DNA of 64,000 nt from Eledone cirrhosa (lineage: Eukaryota): assembly GCA_964016885.1 (NCBI GenBank), contig OZ024748.1, positions 33,170,001 to 33,234,000 of the forward strand. The letters are read 5' to 3'. The notes under the pieces are model-generated. The model did no database searches. It saw only the letters and a program-made list of their open reading frames with translations, and was not told where the DNA came from. Every line of letters begins with the position of its first letter. Position 1 is the first letter of the stretch. Positions 62,797-64,000 of this stretch are shown here, one piece after another. Both the position numbers and the translations under genes were made by a program.

Positions 62797-64000
62797 ATCA
62801 TCATCATTATCATTTAACGTCTATTTTCCACGCTAGCATGGGTTAGACGGGAATTGTCCTACTTGAGGGAAGATTGATCGGGTGACCGTGTCTCGCTCAT
62901 ATAGGACTGTATCTGGCAGGTTTTCTACAGATGGATGCTCTTCCTAACACCAACCACATTTCCAGTGTGGACTGTGTGGTTTTTCGTCATGACACCTACA
63001 CAACCTCTTTAGTTTGGACTGGATGTTGTGGTATCAACATAACTTTACAGAGACAGGGTGGTGCTGGTGGTAGTGGAAGGATGGAGTAGGATGTGTGGGT
63101 TGGGTGTATATTTGGTTAGGAGGGGCCTACTGACAGTAGGTTAACTTTGCACGTAGGGAAGGCAGGTCTTCTGTGTTACTGTGTGGTGCCATATATCTCA
63201 ATCCAGTGACATTGTCTTAGAGAGGTGTAAGTGTGCAAGGTTGGATTTTATGTCGTCCCAGATTTTTCTGGGTCTACCTACTCTGTAACTTCCATCAATT
63301 TTGATCACCCTGTACTTTTTTATAAAGCTGTCGTCTTTCATGCTCATCACATGACCATACCAACGTAATCTTCGTTCAAGTAATCAGCATCTGATCCCTC
63401 TTATTCCTAATTCTCACTTGGTTCGTTTATGTTTTGCCGTTCATGTATATTACAATTACACGTCCAACGGAGCATGCATGCTTCATTCCTTTCCAATCTG
63501 CGCAGATCCTCTGCACACAATGCCCACGTCTCACTGCCATGTAACATTGATGTTCGTATGCACGCATCATACAATCTGCCTTTCATTTTTAGAGAGAAAC
63601 TTTTTGTGTCTAGCAACGGTATTAGCTCTCTGAGCTTTTTCCATCCTGTTCTAACTCTGGCTACTACACTTTCAGAGCACCCTCCACCACTGCTGATTTT
63701 GTCACCCAGGCAACGGATAGTGTCCACTATTTCTATAGAAGCATCTGGGCAGTAGAAGGTGCTAGTATCCTGTGGGTACTTGCTGATTATTTCACACGAG
63801 CATCGGCCACATATAAAATCTACATTCTTAGATAGCTTACCTGTGATCTCACTACATTTTTTATGTACCCATAGTTTGCATTTGGGACATAGAAGGAATT
63901 TCTACCTACTCCTTTCCTACATATTGAGCAGTGCCCTATTTTCTTATCTATATACTAGACCTTTAGTTTTAGACAAGTTAACTTTAAGGCCTTTTGATTC
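62797..64000 (-). mobile_element. RTE LINE 3' part, inverted duplicate of about 36930-38118 (continues beyond the window)
   Basis: ORF 63407-63727 is almost identical to 37207-37500, and the non-TE flank beyond the tail is shared too. Confidence 0.92.

Overview
Eukaryotic, AT-rich, repeat-dense DNA that looks like a coleoid cephalopod (probably Octopus) genome; this is inferred from the CEICGKSF-type C2H2 cluster, RTE LINEs with (GAT)n tails, tRNA-derived SINEs and abundant (TA)n tracts. Bases 1-15.1 kb are a 48-bp satellite array with higher-order duplications. It runs directly into an RTE-type retroposon 3' tail, and its monomer matches a short unit in the 3' UTRs of RTE copies elsewhere in the window. 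Bases 16-62.8 kb hold five paralogous zinc-finger-only C2H2 genes: two with intact ORFs (14 and 16 fingers), one degenerating and two pseudogenes. They sit in a repeatedly duplicated flanking module, on + in the left part and on - in the right part. Between them are decayed RTE and CR1-like LINEs, a full-length Gypsy LTR element (tRNA-Trp PBS, TG...AA LTR ends), a solo LTR, SINEs, a Helitron, piggyBac- and mariner-type MITEs, two long palindromes and Penelope-type hammerhead-ribozyme motifs. The most notable signal is that the RTE 3' UTR appears to seed tandem repeats: 1-3 units in ordinary copies, a 9x 67-bp array in one copy, and a 48-bp array of more than 15 kb whose antisense strand has long 16-aa-repeat ORFs. 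All alignments and counts were done by eye, so boundaries of decayed repeats are approximate.
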